64,000 nucleotides of DNA, taken from assembly GCF_032191835.1 (NCBI RefSeq), contig NC_083227.1:6324001-6388000 (forward strand), written 5' to 3'. Below, piece after piece: positions 1 to 11,929 of this stretch (positions are counted from its first letter, which is position 1; each line of letters begins with the position of its first letter). A model generated the notes under the pieces. The model was not told the origin of the DNA, did not search any database, and saw nothing but the letters and a program-made list of their open reading frames with translations. Origin of the DNA: Heteronotia binoei. Lineage: Eukaryota. The position numbers and the translations under genes are program-made.

Positions 1-203
1 GGTCACACACTCATTAGCATATTAGGCCACACCCTCTGGATAATCAAGTGCAAACTGAACACTGACAGTAACTTTTCCAGACCCTGCAGCAATTCTGTCC
101 GGCCAGCCAGGCCCCAGGGAGGCTGCCGCACAGTACATCTGGGCCCTGTGATCCCTGGGGAGGCTGCTGTACAGCGCGGCTGGGCCCCACGATCCTCGCT
201 GGC

Positions 204-720
204 TAGGCTTCCCAATCCCCAGGTCCCAGCGGGGATCCCCTGGTATTACAGGCTTCCCCCCTCCCCAGCCAGCTGGCTGGCGGGGGAAGCTCCACCCCCA
301 CAGCTATTATGCACCTCCAGGAACGATTCCCATAGGGAATGATGGGGAATTGATCCGCGGGTGTCAGGGGCTCTGGGGGGGGGCTGTTTTTTGAAGTAGA
401 GATGCCAAATTTTCCGTATAGCATCTAGTGCCTCTCCCCAAAATACCTCCCAAGTTTCAAAGGATTGGACCAGGGGGTCCAATTCTATGAGCCCCAAAGA
501 AGGTGCCCCTATCCTTCATTATTTTCTATGGAAGGAAGGCATTCTAAAAGGTGTGCCGTCCCTTTAAATGTGATGGCCAGAACTCCCTTGGAGTTCAATT
601 ATGCTTGTCACACCCTTGCTCCTGGCTCCGCCCCCAATGTCTCCTGGCTCCACCCCCAAAGTCTCCTGGCCCCACCCCCAAAGTCCCCAGATATTTCATG
701 AGTTGCATTTGGCAACCCTA
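204..720. mobile_element. Non-autonomous DNA transposon (MITE) with TAGGGTTGCCA-type ends
   Basis: Starts taggcttccca and ends ttggcaacccta. Internal sequence is shared with copies at about 2007-2200, 7595-8110 and 46009-47728. Confidence 0.6.
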
Positions 721-1078
721 TCGCTGGCCAGCCAGGCCCAGGGAGGCTGCCACATGGCTCGGTTTGGCCCAGCAATCCCCGAGGGCCACACCAAGTGACC
801 TCGAGGGCCACATACGGCCCTCGGGATGGAGGTTCCCCCCCCCGCCCTACTGGACTGGAGCTGCAGCAGCCGTTTCCGCACCTCTGAACAAAGGACAGCT
901 CAACAGCATCTCTCCACTGCCTGTTAGCAAGAGAAAGGAGGAAGGAAGGGTGTCTGTCATGACTTTCTATCGCAGGAGTGTTAAATTCATTTGTTATGAA
1001 GGCCGGACTCGACACAAATGGGACTCTGCGGGGCCGAGCCATGAATGCATAAAATGTATTGCCAGGTAGTGGACATAT

Positions 1079-1079
1079 A

Positions 1080-1138
<59 letters not shown>
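1079..1138. repeat. (AAT)n microsatellite, the tail of a minus-strand L2-like 3' end (to about 1270)
   Basis: About 20 AAT units followed by tttatatcccgccctcc, as in the L2 tail at 12882. Confidence 0.8.
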
Positions 1139-1141
<3 letters not shown>

Positions 1142-1281
1142 CAACATTTCATTTATATCCCGCCCTCCTCGCCAAGGCAAGCTCAGGGCGGCTCACGACA
1201 CGATATAAAATACAGAGATTACATAATAAAACAACAACCTACAACATGGTACAATTTCCTTAAAATTCCCTTAAAACCATC

Positions 1282-1472
1282 TACCCGTATTTTTCGCTCC
1301 ATAAGACGCACCTGAGCATAAGACGCACCTAGTTTTTAGAGCCGTTTGTGTGAATTTAGAGGCATCTGTGTGAATTTTTTGCAGTATTCGCTCCTTAAGA
1401 CGCACACACTTTTCCCTCCACTTTTTAGGGGGGGGGGGGGGAAGTGAGTCTTATGGTGCAAAAAATACTGTA
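1282..1472. mobile_element. Tc1/pogo-like MITE
   Basis: Imperfect terminal inverted repeats: tacccgtatttttcgctccataagac versus gtcttatggtgcaaaaaatactgta, with TA at both ends. Confidence 0.6.
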
Positions 1473-1720
1473 ATTAAAACCAACGATTGCCCTGCAATCG
1501 TACTCGGCGCTACGTTTTCAAAAATTACCAATCTTACTCATTGACAGATTTTCGCAATGGCGGTGCAGCAGAATCCGCATTAAGAAAAGGCCAGCTGAAA
1601 GAGGGTAGTCTCTGAGCCTCCTCGGAGTGGAAGGCGGGATATAAATCCAATATCTAGGACCCGGACTCGCGGCTTGCCACGCTCCTGGCCTGCCTGCACC
1701 CTCCTCCTCTCTGATTTCAC

Positions 1721-1879
1721 CTCGGAGGCGGAGCGGAGCGGGCGACGCCGCCGCGCTGCCACCTCTTCTCGGCTTCGCCGTAGCTGCTCCTCCGAGATGG
1801 GCTCAGCCCGAGCGAAGGGAAGGATACGCTGGAGGCAGAAGGTGCCCTCTGAGGCGGAGACCGGGGCCGCCTCCTCCAT
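1721..1879 (-). CDS. Candidate first coding exon of an unidentified gene in a CpG island (MEEAAPVSAS...RSASE, 53 codons)
   Basis: gccATGG Kozak context, CpG-rich sequence and a GAG|GTGAAA donor in phase 0. No recognisable domain and no downstream exon in the window. Confidence 0.3.
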
Positions 1880-1921
1880 GGCTCCTCAGCCTCGCGGCCG
1901 GCCCAGACGACGCCACCGCCG

Positions 1922-1935
1922 GTTGCCACGGCAAC
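1922..1935. promoter_or_regulatory. Palindromic RFX X-box in a CpG island (about 1650-1990)
   Basis: GTTGCCACGGCAAC matches the RFX1-3 consensus GTTGCCATGGCAAC at 13/14. Confidence 0.65.
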
Positions 1936-2848
1936 GCCCAGCCCGCTTCCACTTCCCCCCGCGCCATGGCGGAAGACGAGGAAAAAGAAGGCATGCAGAG
2001 GCAGGAGGGAAGGAAGACATTTAAAAAGGTGTGCCGTCCCTTGAAATGCGATGGCCAAAACTCCCGTTGGGGTTCAGTGATGCTTGTCACACCCTTGCTC
2101 CTAGCTCCACCCAGTGTCTCCTGGCTCCACCCCCAAAGTCTCCTGGCTCCACCCCCAAAGCCCCCAGAGATTTCTTGAATTGGACTTGGCAACCCTATAC
2201 GCTGGCTTTCCAGCGCGCTCAGCAAGTTCAGCACTGGCCACCCCAGAAGTGGCGGCGGAGAGAGTGGGGGGCCACCAGAAAGGAGGGCCTTCCACCGAAA
2301 TTTTTTTTCCAAGGGTCCCCCCCCCCCTCCCCAAAACTAAAATTTTCTAGCTATGGGCCTGGCTTCCTGCATTGTGCAGGGGGTTGGACTAGATCAGGGG
2401 TGGCTAACGGTAGCTCTCCGGATGTTTTTTTTTTGCCGACAATTCCCATCAGCCCCAGCCAGCATGGCCAATGGCTGGGGCTGATGGGAGTTGTAGCAAA
2501 AAAAACCTGGAGGTCCCTTCCAACTCTATGATTCTATGAGGCTGCATGACCGTCACATTCGCCCAAACGTGACTTGAGTGTATTTGGGAGACTTGAGGGT
2601 AATATAGGTGAGTTTTCAGAGTGTCTCTGGCCATGCGAACTTCACAACCAGGTTTTCAGCCAGATGCAACATCGACGTGACATCACAGCTGCCTCAAGCC
2701 CCACCCCAAAGCCCCTGGGGGTCCCAGGCCACAGCCCACCATCCTACTCCAGCATCCTGTTTCCTAGAGCGGCCCACCATATGTCTTTATTAGCACAGGT
2801 ACAGAAGCTGAATTTTCCCATTATTTATTTTTCAGAGTTCTGCTGCCA

Positions 2849-3560
2849 TATGAACGTATGAACCTGCCTTCTACTGAATGAGACCCTCCTGGGTCCATCA
2901 AAGTCAGTCTTGTCAACTGAGACTGGCAGCGGCTCTCCAGGGTCTCCAGCTGAGGTTTTCCACGCCTACTTGCCTGAACCCTTTTTAGTTGGAGATGCTG
3001 GGGATCGAACCTGGGACCTTCTGCTTACCAAGCAGACGCTCTACCACTGAGCCACAGCCCCATTCATGGCTCTCCAGGGTCTCAAGCTGAGGTTCTTCAC
3101 GCCTACTTGCCTGACCTTTTTAGTTGGAGATGCTGGGGATTGAACCTGGGACCTTCTGCTTACCAAGAGATGCTCTACCCCTGAAACACAGCCCCATTCA
3201 TGGCTCCCCAGAGTATCAAGCTGAGGTTCTTCACGCCTACTTGTCTGGACCCTTTTTAGTTGGAGATGACGGGGATTGAACCTGGGTCCTTCTGCTTACC
3301 AAGCAGATGCTCTACCAATGAGCCACCATCCCTCCCCTTAATCCATATGAACATATGAAGCTGCCTTCTACTGAATCAGACCCTCGGTCCATCAATGTCA
3401 GTATTGTCCACTCAGACTGGCAGTGGCTCTCCAGGGTCTCAAGCTGAGGTTTTTCACACCAACTTGCCTGGACCCTTTTTAGTTGGAGATGCCAGGGATT
3501 GAACCTGGGACCTTCTGCTTATCAAGCAGATGCTCTACCACTGAGCCACCGTCCCTCCTC
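2849..3560 (-). mobile_element. Squam2-like tRNA-derived SINEs: one three-headed copy (2849-3335) and one monomer (3345-3560)
   Basis: A box tggctcagtgg and B box ggttcaatccc in tRNA-Ala-like heads, with an (ATGTTC)-type tail on the minus strand. Confidence 0.8.
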
Positions 3561-3587
3561 CAGGAGGTGGATGCACCCTTTACTCAC

Positions 3588-3619
3588 TGAGTTGAATAGC
3601 TGTACCGAGATGTGTTGAC
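3588..3619 (-). CDS. Candidate third coding exon of the minus-strand SCAN gene (GQHISVQLFNS)
   Basis: Long pyrimidine tract plus ctataag acceptor and CA|GTGAGT donor. 32 nt, phase 1 to 0, like exon 3 of the plus paralog. Confidence 0.4.
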
Positions 3620-3721
3620 CTTATAGAAGGAGGGAGAAAGATGAACATTTTAATTAATGTCAGGAATTGCCTTCCCTGAATTTGCCTAATCCCCTTTGAG
3701 AGACATCACAAAAATATGTGA

Positions 3722-4207
3722 GGAGGGACAGTGGCTTAGTGGTAGAGCATCTGCTTGGTAAGCAGGAGGTCCCAGGTTCAATCCCCGGCATCTCCAACTA
3801 AAAAGGGTCCAGGCAAGTAGGCGTGAAAAACCTCAGCTTGAGACCCTGGAGAGCCATGAATGGGGCTGTGGCTCAGTGGTAGAGCATCTGCTTGGTAAGC
3901 TGAAGGTCCCAGGTTCAATCCCCGGCATCTCCAACGAAAAAGGGTTCAGGCAAGTAGGTGTGGAAAACCTCAGCTTGAGACCCTGGAGAGCCACGAATGG
4001 GGCTGTGGCTCAGTGGTAGATCATCTGTTTGTTAAACAGGAGGTCCCAGGTTCAATCCCCGGCATCTCCAATGAAAAAGGGTTCAGGCAAGTAGGTGTGG
4101 AAAACCTCAGCTTGAGACCCTGGAGAGCCGCTGCCAGTCTGAGTAGACAATACTGACTTTGATGGACCAAGGGTCTGATTCAGCATAAGGCAGCTTCATA
4201 TGTTCAT
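3722..4207 (+). mobile_element. Three-headed Squam2-like SINE (137-bp head unit x3 plus tail)
   Basis: gtggc(t/c)cagtggtag recurs at 3731, 3868 and 4005; a single 3' tail ends atatgttcat. Confidence 0.8.
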
Positions 4208-4337
4208 AGTGGACATTGAATCCCGCAAATTAACTCTGTGTTGTGCCAAGAAGTGCTGAATTCCTGTCTGACCTGAACTCTCTACCCATCAAATTCACTG
4301 GGTGCCCTCATCATATCCAGGCTCAAAGAGTCCTTAC

Positions 4338-4452
4338 CACAGGAGAGGGCATCTTGGGCATGCTCCATGGCCTGCGCCCTCTTCTCTTGTTCCAAGGAAG
4401 CTCCTTTTTCCTCAGGGATTGCAGCTTCCATCTTCAAAGAGGGTCCCCACAT
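4338..4452 (-). CDS. Second coding exon of the minus-strand SCAN gene (MWGPSLKMEA...DALSC)
   Basis: tttcag|ATGTGG acceptor and TG|GTAAGG donor; homologous to plus-strand exon 19338-19395. Confidence 0.75.
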
Positions 4453-4651
4453 CTGAAACAGCAGCCAGGGAGATGGGTAAGATATGGAATGGAACAGACT
4501 AAGGAATGGATCCTGCCCCACCTCCCCGACTTTGCACCTGGTGAATTATCTGGAGGGATCTGAAATTCTCCAGTAGATAAGACAGGTGAAGGAAGCTGTA
4601 AAATCTCCCATTTGGATAATTAACACTTGGATAAATATCTCTTGGTAAATA

Positions 4652-4930
4652 GAGTCCCATGGCGCAGAATGTTAAAGCTGCAGTACTGCAGTCCTAAGCT
4701 CTGTTCATGAGCTGAGTTCGATCCCTGGCGGAAGCTAGGTTTTCGAGGTTGACTCAGCCTTCCATCCTTCCGAGGTCGGTCAAATGACTACCCAGATTGC
4801 TGAGGGAAAGCGTAGATGACTGGGGAAGGCAATGGCAAACTACCCCGTAAAAAGTCTGCCATGAAAACGTGAAAGCAATGTCACCCCAGAGCTGGAAACG
4901 ACTGGTGCTTGCACAGGGGACCTTTCCTTT
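4652..4930 (+). mobile_element. Sauria SINE (Squam1); further copies at about 6908-7075(-), 39185-39445, 41455-41710, 41783-42062 and 51825-52125
   Basis: tRNA-like head tggcgcag...gagttcgatccc and BovB-like tail ggtgcttgcacaggggacctttcc. Confidence 0.8.
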
Positions 4931-4999
4931 CCCAAATATCTCTCAGGAACACTTTTAGATAAGGCCAGCTATTGTTGCTTGAATTAAATCCCCTCTCAC

Positions 5000-5422
5000 C
5001 TGTTCTGCCTGCCTCTTCTCCTCTGCCTGACTCAGGAGGAAACCTTCGGCCAGGGCCACCGCCTGGGAACTGGTCTCCGGCCCACATCCTCTCACCCAGC
5101 CCTGCATTTCCTGGGGCAGGAGAGTCAGGAACTGCTCCAGGATCACCAGGTCCAGGATCTGCTTCTTGGTGTGCCTCTCCGGCTCCAGCCACCGGTTGCA
5201 AAGTCCATGGAGCTGGCTGCAAACCTCTCGGGGCCCATCGGCCTCACGGTAGCGGGACAGCCGGAAGCGTTGGCAGTGTACATCTGAGGTCATGGTGTCC
5301 TTAGCCAGGATCTCTGGCCCAGCCCTTTCCCAGAATTCAACACCACTCCCTGCATGGAGGAGAAGGGGGCCTTTGCTTGCCATCTTGCCAATTCCCGGTC
5401 CTTCTGGGCCCCGCTCTTCCAT
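5000..5422 (-). CDS. SCAN-domain exon of a ZSCAN/ZKSCAN-like gene (5' part only in this window)
   Basis: [49 protein letters not shown] is a SCAN box. 423 nt from ATG to the CAG|GTGAGA donor; acceptor at 5481. Confidence 0.92.
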
Positions 5423-5769
5423 CTCCTGCCCCTTCTATTTGAGTCCGCTCCACTTGTGAAAAGCTGCCTTCATTCACTTAGCTGTGAAAAGAAGCTTCTT
5501 TCTGGGGAAGGAGAGACACGGACAGTAACGAATTGCAAAGAAAAAGGGGAATGGAGGCATACCAGCGAACATCACAAACCTTCATATGCTCAGGGAAGAC
5601 ATGAGAATTGCCCTGTGGGTTCAGAACAAAAGTGCTTCTTCTGCTTTGCAGACAAGATTTAATATCATTTTGCTATATTTACACACCAAGGTATTTTAGA
5701 TATGCCACCTTGGGTTTTACGGAAAGCTAAACGTCTCTGTTTGTCTTTTGAGAGATTTTACAAGCCTAG

Positions 5770-6705
5770 CCTGGCGTAGTGGTTAAGTGGGCTCTTATCT
5801 GAGAGAACCGGGTTTGATTCCCCACTCCTCCACTCGCAGCTGCTGGAATGGCCTTGGGTCAGCCAGAACTCTCTTGTCTGGGAGAACCAGGTTGGATTCC
5901 CCCCTCCTCCACTTGCAGCTGCTGGAATGGCCTTGGGTCAGCCACAGCTCTCTTATCTGGGAGAACCGGGTTTGATTCCCCACTCCTCCACTTACACCTG
6001 CTGGAATGGCCTTGGGTCAGCCATAGCTCTCTTATCTGGGAGAACCGGGTTTGTTTCCCCACTCCTCCACTTGCACCTGCTGGAACGGCCTTGGGTCAGC
6101 CAGAGCTCTCTTGTCTGGGAGAACCAGGTTGGATTCCCCCCTCCTCCACTTGCAGCTGCTGGAATGGCCTTGGGTCAGCCACAGCTCTCTTATCTGGGAG
6201 AACCGGGTGTGATTCCCCACTCCTCCACTTACACCTGCTGGAATGGCCTTGGGTCAGCCAGAACTCTCTTATTTGGGAGAACCGGGTTTGATTCCCCACT
6301 CCTCCACTTACAGCTGCTGGAATGGCCTTGGGTCAGCCAGAGCTCTCTTATCTGGGAGAACCGGGTTTGATTCCCCACTCCTCCACTTACACCTGCTGGA
6401 ATGGCCTTGGGTCAGCCAGAGCTCTCTTATCTGGGAGAACCGGGTTTGATTCCCCACTCCTCCACTTACACCTGCTGGAATGGCCTTGAGTCAGCCAGAA
6501 CTCTCTTATTTGGGAGAACCGGGTTTGATTCCCCACTCCTCCACTTGCACCTGCTGGAATGGCCTTGGGTTAGCCATAGCTATTGCAGGAGTTGTCCTTG
6601 AAAGGGCGGCTGCTGTGAGAGCTCTCTCGGCCCCACCCATCTCCCAGGGTGTCTGTTGTGGGGGGAGAAGATATGGGAGATTGTAAGTCATTTTGAGTCT
6701 CTGAT
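5770..6705 (+). repeat. Squam3-like SINE internally expanded by a 79-bp unit (about 10 copies)
   Basis: Head tggcgtagtggtt, repeated unit tcttatctgggagaaccgggtttgattccccactcc... with 79-bp period, single tail. Confidence 0.85.
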
Positions 6706-7184
6706 TCTTGGGCTCTGCTAATTCTTAAGGTGAACCAGAGCCCCCAAAAGTAAATTAGGTGGACAGAAACACCTCTAAGAAAAAGATGCTCTCAGTTCAA
6801 TCCATGCCTGAGGAGAGCAATTAACATTTATTGCCTTGAGAATCATAAAGCCGGAAGGGACCTACAGGGCCATCTAGTCCAACCCCTTGCACAATTCAAG
6901 AAACTCACAAATTAAAAAAGGTAATGGTAGTCCCCTGTGCAAGCACCAGTCATTTTCGACTCTGGGGTGATGCTGCTTTCACGTTTTCACGGCAGACTTT
7001 TTACGGGGTGGTTTGCCATTGCCCTCCCCAGTCATCTACACTTTCCTCCCAGTAAGCTGGGGACTCATTTTACCTCCCCATAAATTCACAAGATCCTCAT
7101 TGCTGTCAGATAGCCATCTAGCCTCTACTTAAAAACCGCCAAGGAAGGTTTAAAAACCTCCAAGGAAGGAGAGCAGACAGATGG

Positions 7185-7540
7185 AAATAGGCAGGACCAG
7201 AACCAATGGATTGAAATTAAATCAGAAGAGTTTCCAGCTCAACATTAGGAAGAACTTCCTGACCGTTAGACGGTTCCTCAGTGGAACAGGCTTCCTCGGG
7301 AGGTGGTGGGCTCTCCTTCTTGGAGATTTTCAAACAGAGGCTAGGTGGCCATCTGGCAGCAATGAAGATCCTGTGAATTTAGGGGGAGGTGTTTGTGAGT
7401 TTCCTGCATTGTCCAGGGGGTTGGACTAGATGACCCTGGAGGTCCCTTCCAGCTCTATGATTCTATTTTATGAATAGAGTTTCCAGCTTAACATTAGGAA
7501 GAACTTCCTGACCATTAGAGCGATTCCTCAGTGGAACAGG
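7185..7540 (+). mobile_element. CR1 family B 3' fragment; others at about 9860-9960(-), 30845-31262(-), 34812-34930(-), 40206-40845(+) and 49845-50530(-)
   Basis: Encodes the end of ORF2 ([22 protein letters not shown]) and has an (ATTCTATG) tail. The 40343 ORF has [14 protein letters not shown]-type CR1 motifs. Confidence 0.85.
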
Positions 7541-8912
7541 CTTCCTCGGGAGGTGGTGGGCTCTCCTTCCTTGGCTTTCCTCTCTCTACCATTCCTGGTT
7601 CTGGCAGTCCCCCCTCCCCCCACTGCAGCCAAGGATGGGCACAGGGAGGTCCAATTCAAGAAATATCTGGGGACTTTGGGGGTGGAGCCAGGAGTAAGGT
7701 TGCGGTGGAGCCAGGAGCAAACCAGGAGCATCTGAACTCCAAAGGGAGTTCTGGCCATCACATCTAAAGGGACTGTACACCTTTTAAATACTTTCCTTCC
7801 ACTGGAAATTATGAAGGATAAAGGCACCTTCTTTGGGGGCTCAAAGAATTGGACCCCCTAGTCCAAAGCTTTTGAAATTTGGAGAGTATTTTGGGGAGAG
7901 GCACTGGATGCTCTGCTGAGAATTCCGTGCCTCTACCTCAAAAAACAGGCCCCCACCCCAGATACCCAAGAATCAATTCTCCATTATACGTTATGGGAAT
8001 TGATCTCCATAGGGAACGATGGAGTGCCCAGCAGACATTTCCCTCCCCACTCCCCCCACCCCCCGCTTTCTGATTAGCCTGATGCCCCCACCTGCAGATT
8101 GGCAACCCTAAGGTCCACACAATTCCCTCCGCCCCCCTTGCATAGCGAGTGTCCTTCCCCATTTTCTCTCCCCTTTGTCCGCCTTTCAGCCTCTCCCCCA
8201 CCCCTGCCCCAAGAGAAGAAGAACTGCAGATTTATACCCCGCCCTTCTCCCTGAATCAGAGACTCAGAGCGCCTTACAATCTCCTATATCTTCTCCCCCC
8301 ACAACAGACACCCTGTGAGGTGGGTGGGGCTGAGAGGGCTCTCACAGCAGGCGAGGGCTTTGAGGTCTTCCCCCAGGAAAGGGGCTGGAGGCTTTCCTCC
8401 CTGTGCAAAGGGGAACGTAGCTCCCCACTGTGGGAGGGGGGGGGGTGCGCAAAGACAGACGAAGTGCACGGAGTCCCTCCCCTCTCTGCACCCACAGATG
8501 CTCACCAGATCCCAGCTGTAGCCTCAGGAGCACCACGTGCGAACACCGCAGTCCCCCCCCCCCCGCTTCCTGCCTCTCTAGGAAGCGAAACTCTCTTGCT
8601 TTCACCACCCCCCCCCCAGCATTTTTTAGAAGGGGGATCCCAATTCCTGCAAGGGGGAGGGGATCTGTATGCCTGAAGGGCTCAGAGAGAATCTGCTCAA
8701 AGAAGCTTTGGGGGGGAGAAAAAAAGGGGGAAATCTGGGGTTGTGGGCTGCAATGCAAGAAAGCAAGGAGGGGGGATGTAGTGGGGGGTGTGTGTGAAAG
8801 AAAGCAAACCCCCCCCCCCCGAGTTTCTTCCTTCCCCCCTCCTCCCCCGCTTCTGCCCCACGGGCCGCTTGTCCCCTTTGCACAGAGCCACTTGGTTCCC
8901 GCAGTGGCGTAC

Positions 8913-9000
8913 CTGAGCGCAGGATTCGAATCCAGCACCGCTGGAGGGACGGGAGGAAGCTCAAGCAGCTGCTCTTTCCAGAGGCACGTTTAGGAAGCGG
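8913..9000 (-). other. Candidate non-coding first exon of the minus-strand SCAN gene
   Basis: CpG-containing unique sequence ending in a CTCAG|GTACGC donor; could splice to the acceptor at 5481. The 5' limit is a guess. Confidence 0.4.
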
Positions 9001-9289
9001 TGGGAGTTTGGCAGTGAGATTTGGGGCGGGGTGAGGGGGATAATTTGGGGGCGGGGGGGGGCAAAGGCGGACAGGCTGAAAGGAAGGATGTGTGCCGCTT
9101 GTCCTTCAAGAAGATCCACTTTCATTTATCCATTTCAGGGGTGGCCAACGGTAGCTCTCCAGATGTTTTTTTGCCTACAACTCCCATCAGCCACAGCCAT
9201 TGACCATGCTGGCTGGGGCTGATGGGAGTTGTAGGCAAAAAAAAAACATCTGGAGAGCTATTGAATTTTGAAAATATACACGTTAATGT

Positions 9290-9660
9290 TAATATCAATG
9301 CTCAATACAATTGATCTTATGGAATCAGGTTATAAACAAGCATAAATACTTGCATACATGCAATAAAATATCTGGTAAGGCTTTTAAGTGATATAGACGC
9401 GTCTAGATACGTAGACCCGTTTTCTATCCAAGGAGAGAGATCTCACGATGAAAACAAGATTAAAGTTAAGGCAATAATGTCTACATCAAAATGCAATCAA
9501 TCTAATTGAACCCATATTGTCATCATTAAACTTATTAAGTAAGCGTTGCTAAGAATTCTTAACTGCCGAAATAATCTTTATGCAAACTATTACAGATTAT
9601 TCCAAAAATTACTATCGAGTAATTACTATTCGGCGTGATCCACGAACTAACACAGTAAAA
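9290..9660 (-). mobile_element. AT-rich L1-like 3' fragment; related copy at 23085-23495; other L1 3' pieces at about 10760-11360(+), 15440-16225(+) and 39490-39770(-)
   Basis: Clear similarity between 9290-9660 and 23085-23495. The plus copies encode KSWTFYPSCWLGNL-type L1 C-terminal remnants. Confidence 0.6.
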
Positions 9661-10184
9661 GAAAAGGAAGGTAGAAGACCCACTTGAAGCAGAATCTGGA
9701 AAGTGCAAAATGTAGGTTTCCGAAGGAAATCTTCCTCCGGATCCGGAAAGGGCAGTCAGCATTTCCCATTGGCCTGCAGCACTGAAAGGGTTAAACCCAG
9801 AAAGCCATCTGCTAGACGGGAGTGGGGGGGAGGGGCGTGGAGAGAGAAGACGAATCCTAGAGTTGGAAGAAGGGACCTCCAGGGTCATCTAGTCCAACCC
9901 CCTGCACAATGCAGGAAACTCACAAACACCTCCCCCTAAATTCACAGGATCTTCATTCAAGAGGGAAGGGGGGGGGGGGGGGGGGGGGGAAGGGGTTGCT
10001 GCTGGATCCCCAAAGAGAGGGAGGGAGGGGTGCAGAGAAGCAGCAGCCGGGAAACACCTCCCCCCTTGCAGTGAGATCCTGGGAAGGCTTACTCACAAGT
10101 AGGTCACGGGGAAGAGGGAGGAATAAGCATTGCATTCTTGGCAGAAAAGAATGCCCTTATAGTCTTATAGGTCCAAGCGGGAAG

Positions 10185-10520
10185 CCGTGCTGGTCTGAAG
10201 CAGTTGAACAAAGCAGGAGTCAAGGGACACCTTTAAGACCAACCCATTTTTATTGAGAACGTCCGCTTTCGTGTGCTCTTAAGCACACTTCATCAGACGA
10301 GGGATCCAGCACAGTGAGCAAAGCCATACAGAGCTGAGCAGAGCCACACAGAGCTGGTAGGCAGTGGCCCAGAATGTAACAGGGTGCAGATTTAAGAACC
10401 AATGACAGTGAAGTCAAATTATCTGGTCGGCTGTGGTTTAGAATGTAAAACGGTACAATGACAGAATAGTAAAATTAACAAATGGAGCAAACCTTTGATC
10501 CGAGCAGCAGGAGCATATAT
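10185..10520 (-). mobile_element. Penelope-like element pLTR remnant with a degenerate hammerhead (10257-10299)
   Basis: Minus strand reads CTGATGAA-GTGTGCT-taag-AGCACAC-GAAAGC then ggtcttaaaggtg...cttcagaccagcacgg; same family as 40930-41395. Confidence 0.7.
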
Positions 10521-11929
10521 AAGGGGAGGGGGAGAGTTTTAAACTGTATTTTTAAAAAAAAAAATTGGAGAGAGAGGCGGGACTTGCCTTTTTTAAATGA
10601 ATAGAAATGAACAGGAGTCGTTTTGGAGAAAAACAGGCGGTGCGGCTTATCCAGGGATTGTTATGCAGCTGCACCTACTAGGCAATGGACAAGGAGGTGG
10701 AACTCTCAGAAGGAGGAGGAGGAACTCTCAGAAAGGTTCAGGAGCACACGCCCACTGAATCCGAGGCCTGGAAATGAAAATTCAATTCTCAAGCAGAGCT
10801 GGACTTTCTATCCCAGCTGTTGGCTGGGAAATCTAAAGAAGAAGCAAGAAAATACTGGATGGAATTTTATGCCTAGTTAGACATTCAAGACCCTTAAGAT
10901 TCTCTGGTGTGAACTTATTTCTCCTCCCCCCCCCATATTTTATATTATAAAATTGCCTTTACTGGAATTAAAATTAAAATGTTTATAATGTTTAAATGTA
11001 TTTTTATCTATTTCTGTATAACTAAACCTAAATTATGTTGTTAGCCGCCCTGAGCCTGCTCCGGCGGGGAGGGCGGGATACAAATAAAATTTTGTTGTTG
11101 TTTGTTGTTGTTGGAATTGTCAAAACTAACAGATTACTTTAACAAAAGATTTATGCTACGAAATTTTAAAAATGTGGATGATGTTTAGTTTAGACGGCGT
11201 AATATGGGGCAATTTATGTAAAGAAAGTATTATAGAATTAAGCTTGTACGTTCTGAAAGTATTTCCATGCAGAACAAGGCCAAAATGTATTGTGCTTTCT
11301 ACTCCCCCCTATTCCCTACCCTCACTCTTTCTGAAACCAATAAAACTTTTGAAAACCTGGAAAATACAATTCTCAGCCCCGGAGGGGGGGCAGGTTGTAG
11401 GGAGGCCCAAATGAGAGTCATCCGTGCCCATAGCATGCCCTGCGTTTTTGTCAGTGATGCCCCTCCCATCTGCCCTTGGACCTGGGTGGGGTGCCCCCCC
11501 TGCATCTTGCCTTCGCCTGGAGAGATGCCCCACTGACCCTTCCCCTCCAGAGGCAGGGGTTGAGTTCTGACCAGCCTCTTTGTCCCCAGCTCCAGTTTAC
11601 ACACTGAAACAGAGCCCCACCCACCCACCCAGGACAGATCGATGCTCGGTCTTTGGAGGGCAAGATCCTACCATCTGCAGCAGGTTTTTAAAGAGTCCAA
11701 GAGAGATGGTTTATTTTCCTGAAAGACCAAACAAACATGTCTTATTTTATTGATTGATTGATTTGATTTGATTTGATTTGTATCCTGCCCTCCAGTGGAG
11801 AGCCAGCTTGGTGTAGTGGTTAAGTGCGTGGACTCTTATTTGGGAAAACAGGGTTTGATTCCCCATTCCTCCACTTGCACCTGCTGGCATGGCCTTGGGT
11901 CAGCCATAGCTCTGGCAAAGGTTGTCCGT

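Noticed and set aside
1966-2178. Plus-strand ORF MAEDEEKEG...
   Set aside because: Runs into MITE sequence from about 2007 with no convincing donor; kept only as part of the CpG-island finding.
3722-3795. tRNA-Ala-like sequences ending TCTCCA
   Set aside because: They continue into the SINE body and tail, with degenerate stems; these are SINE heads, not tRNA genes.
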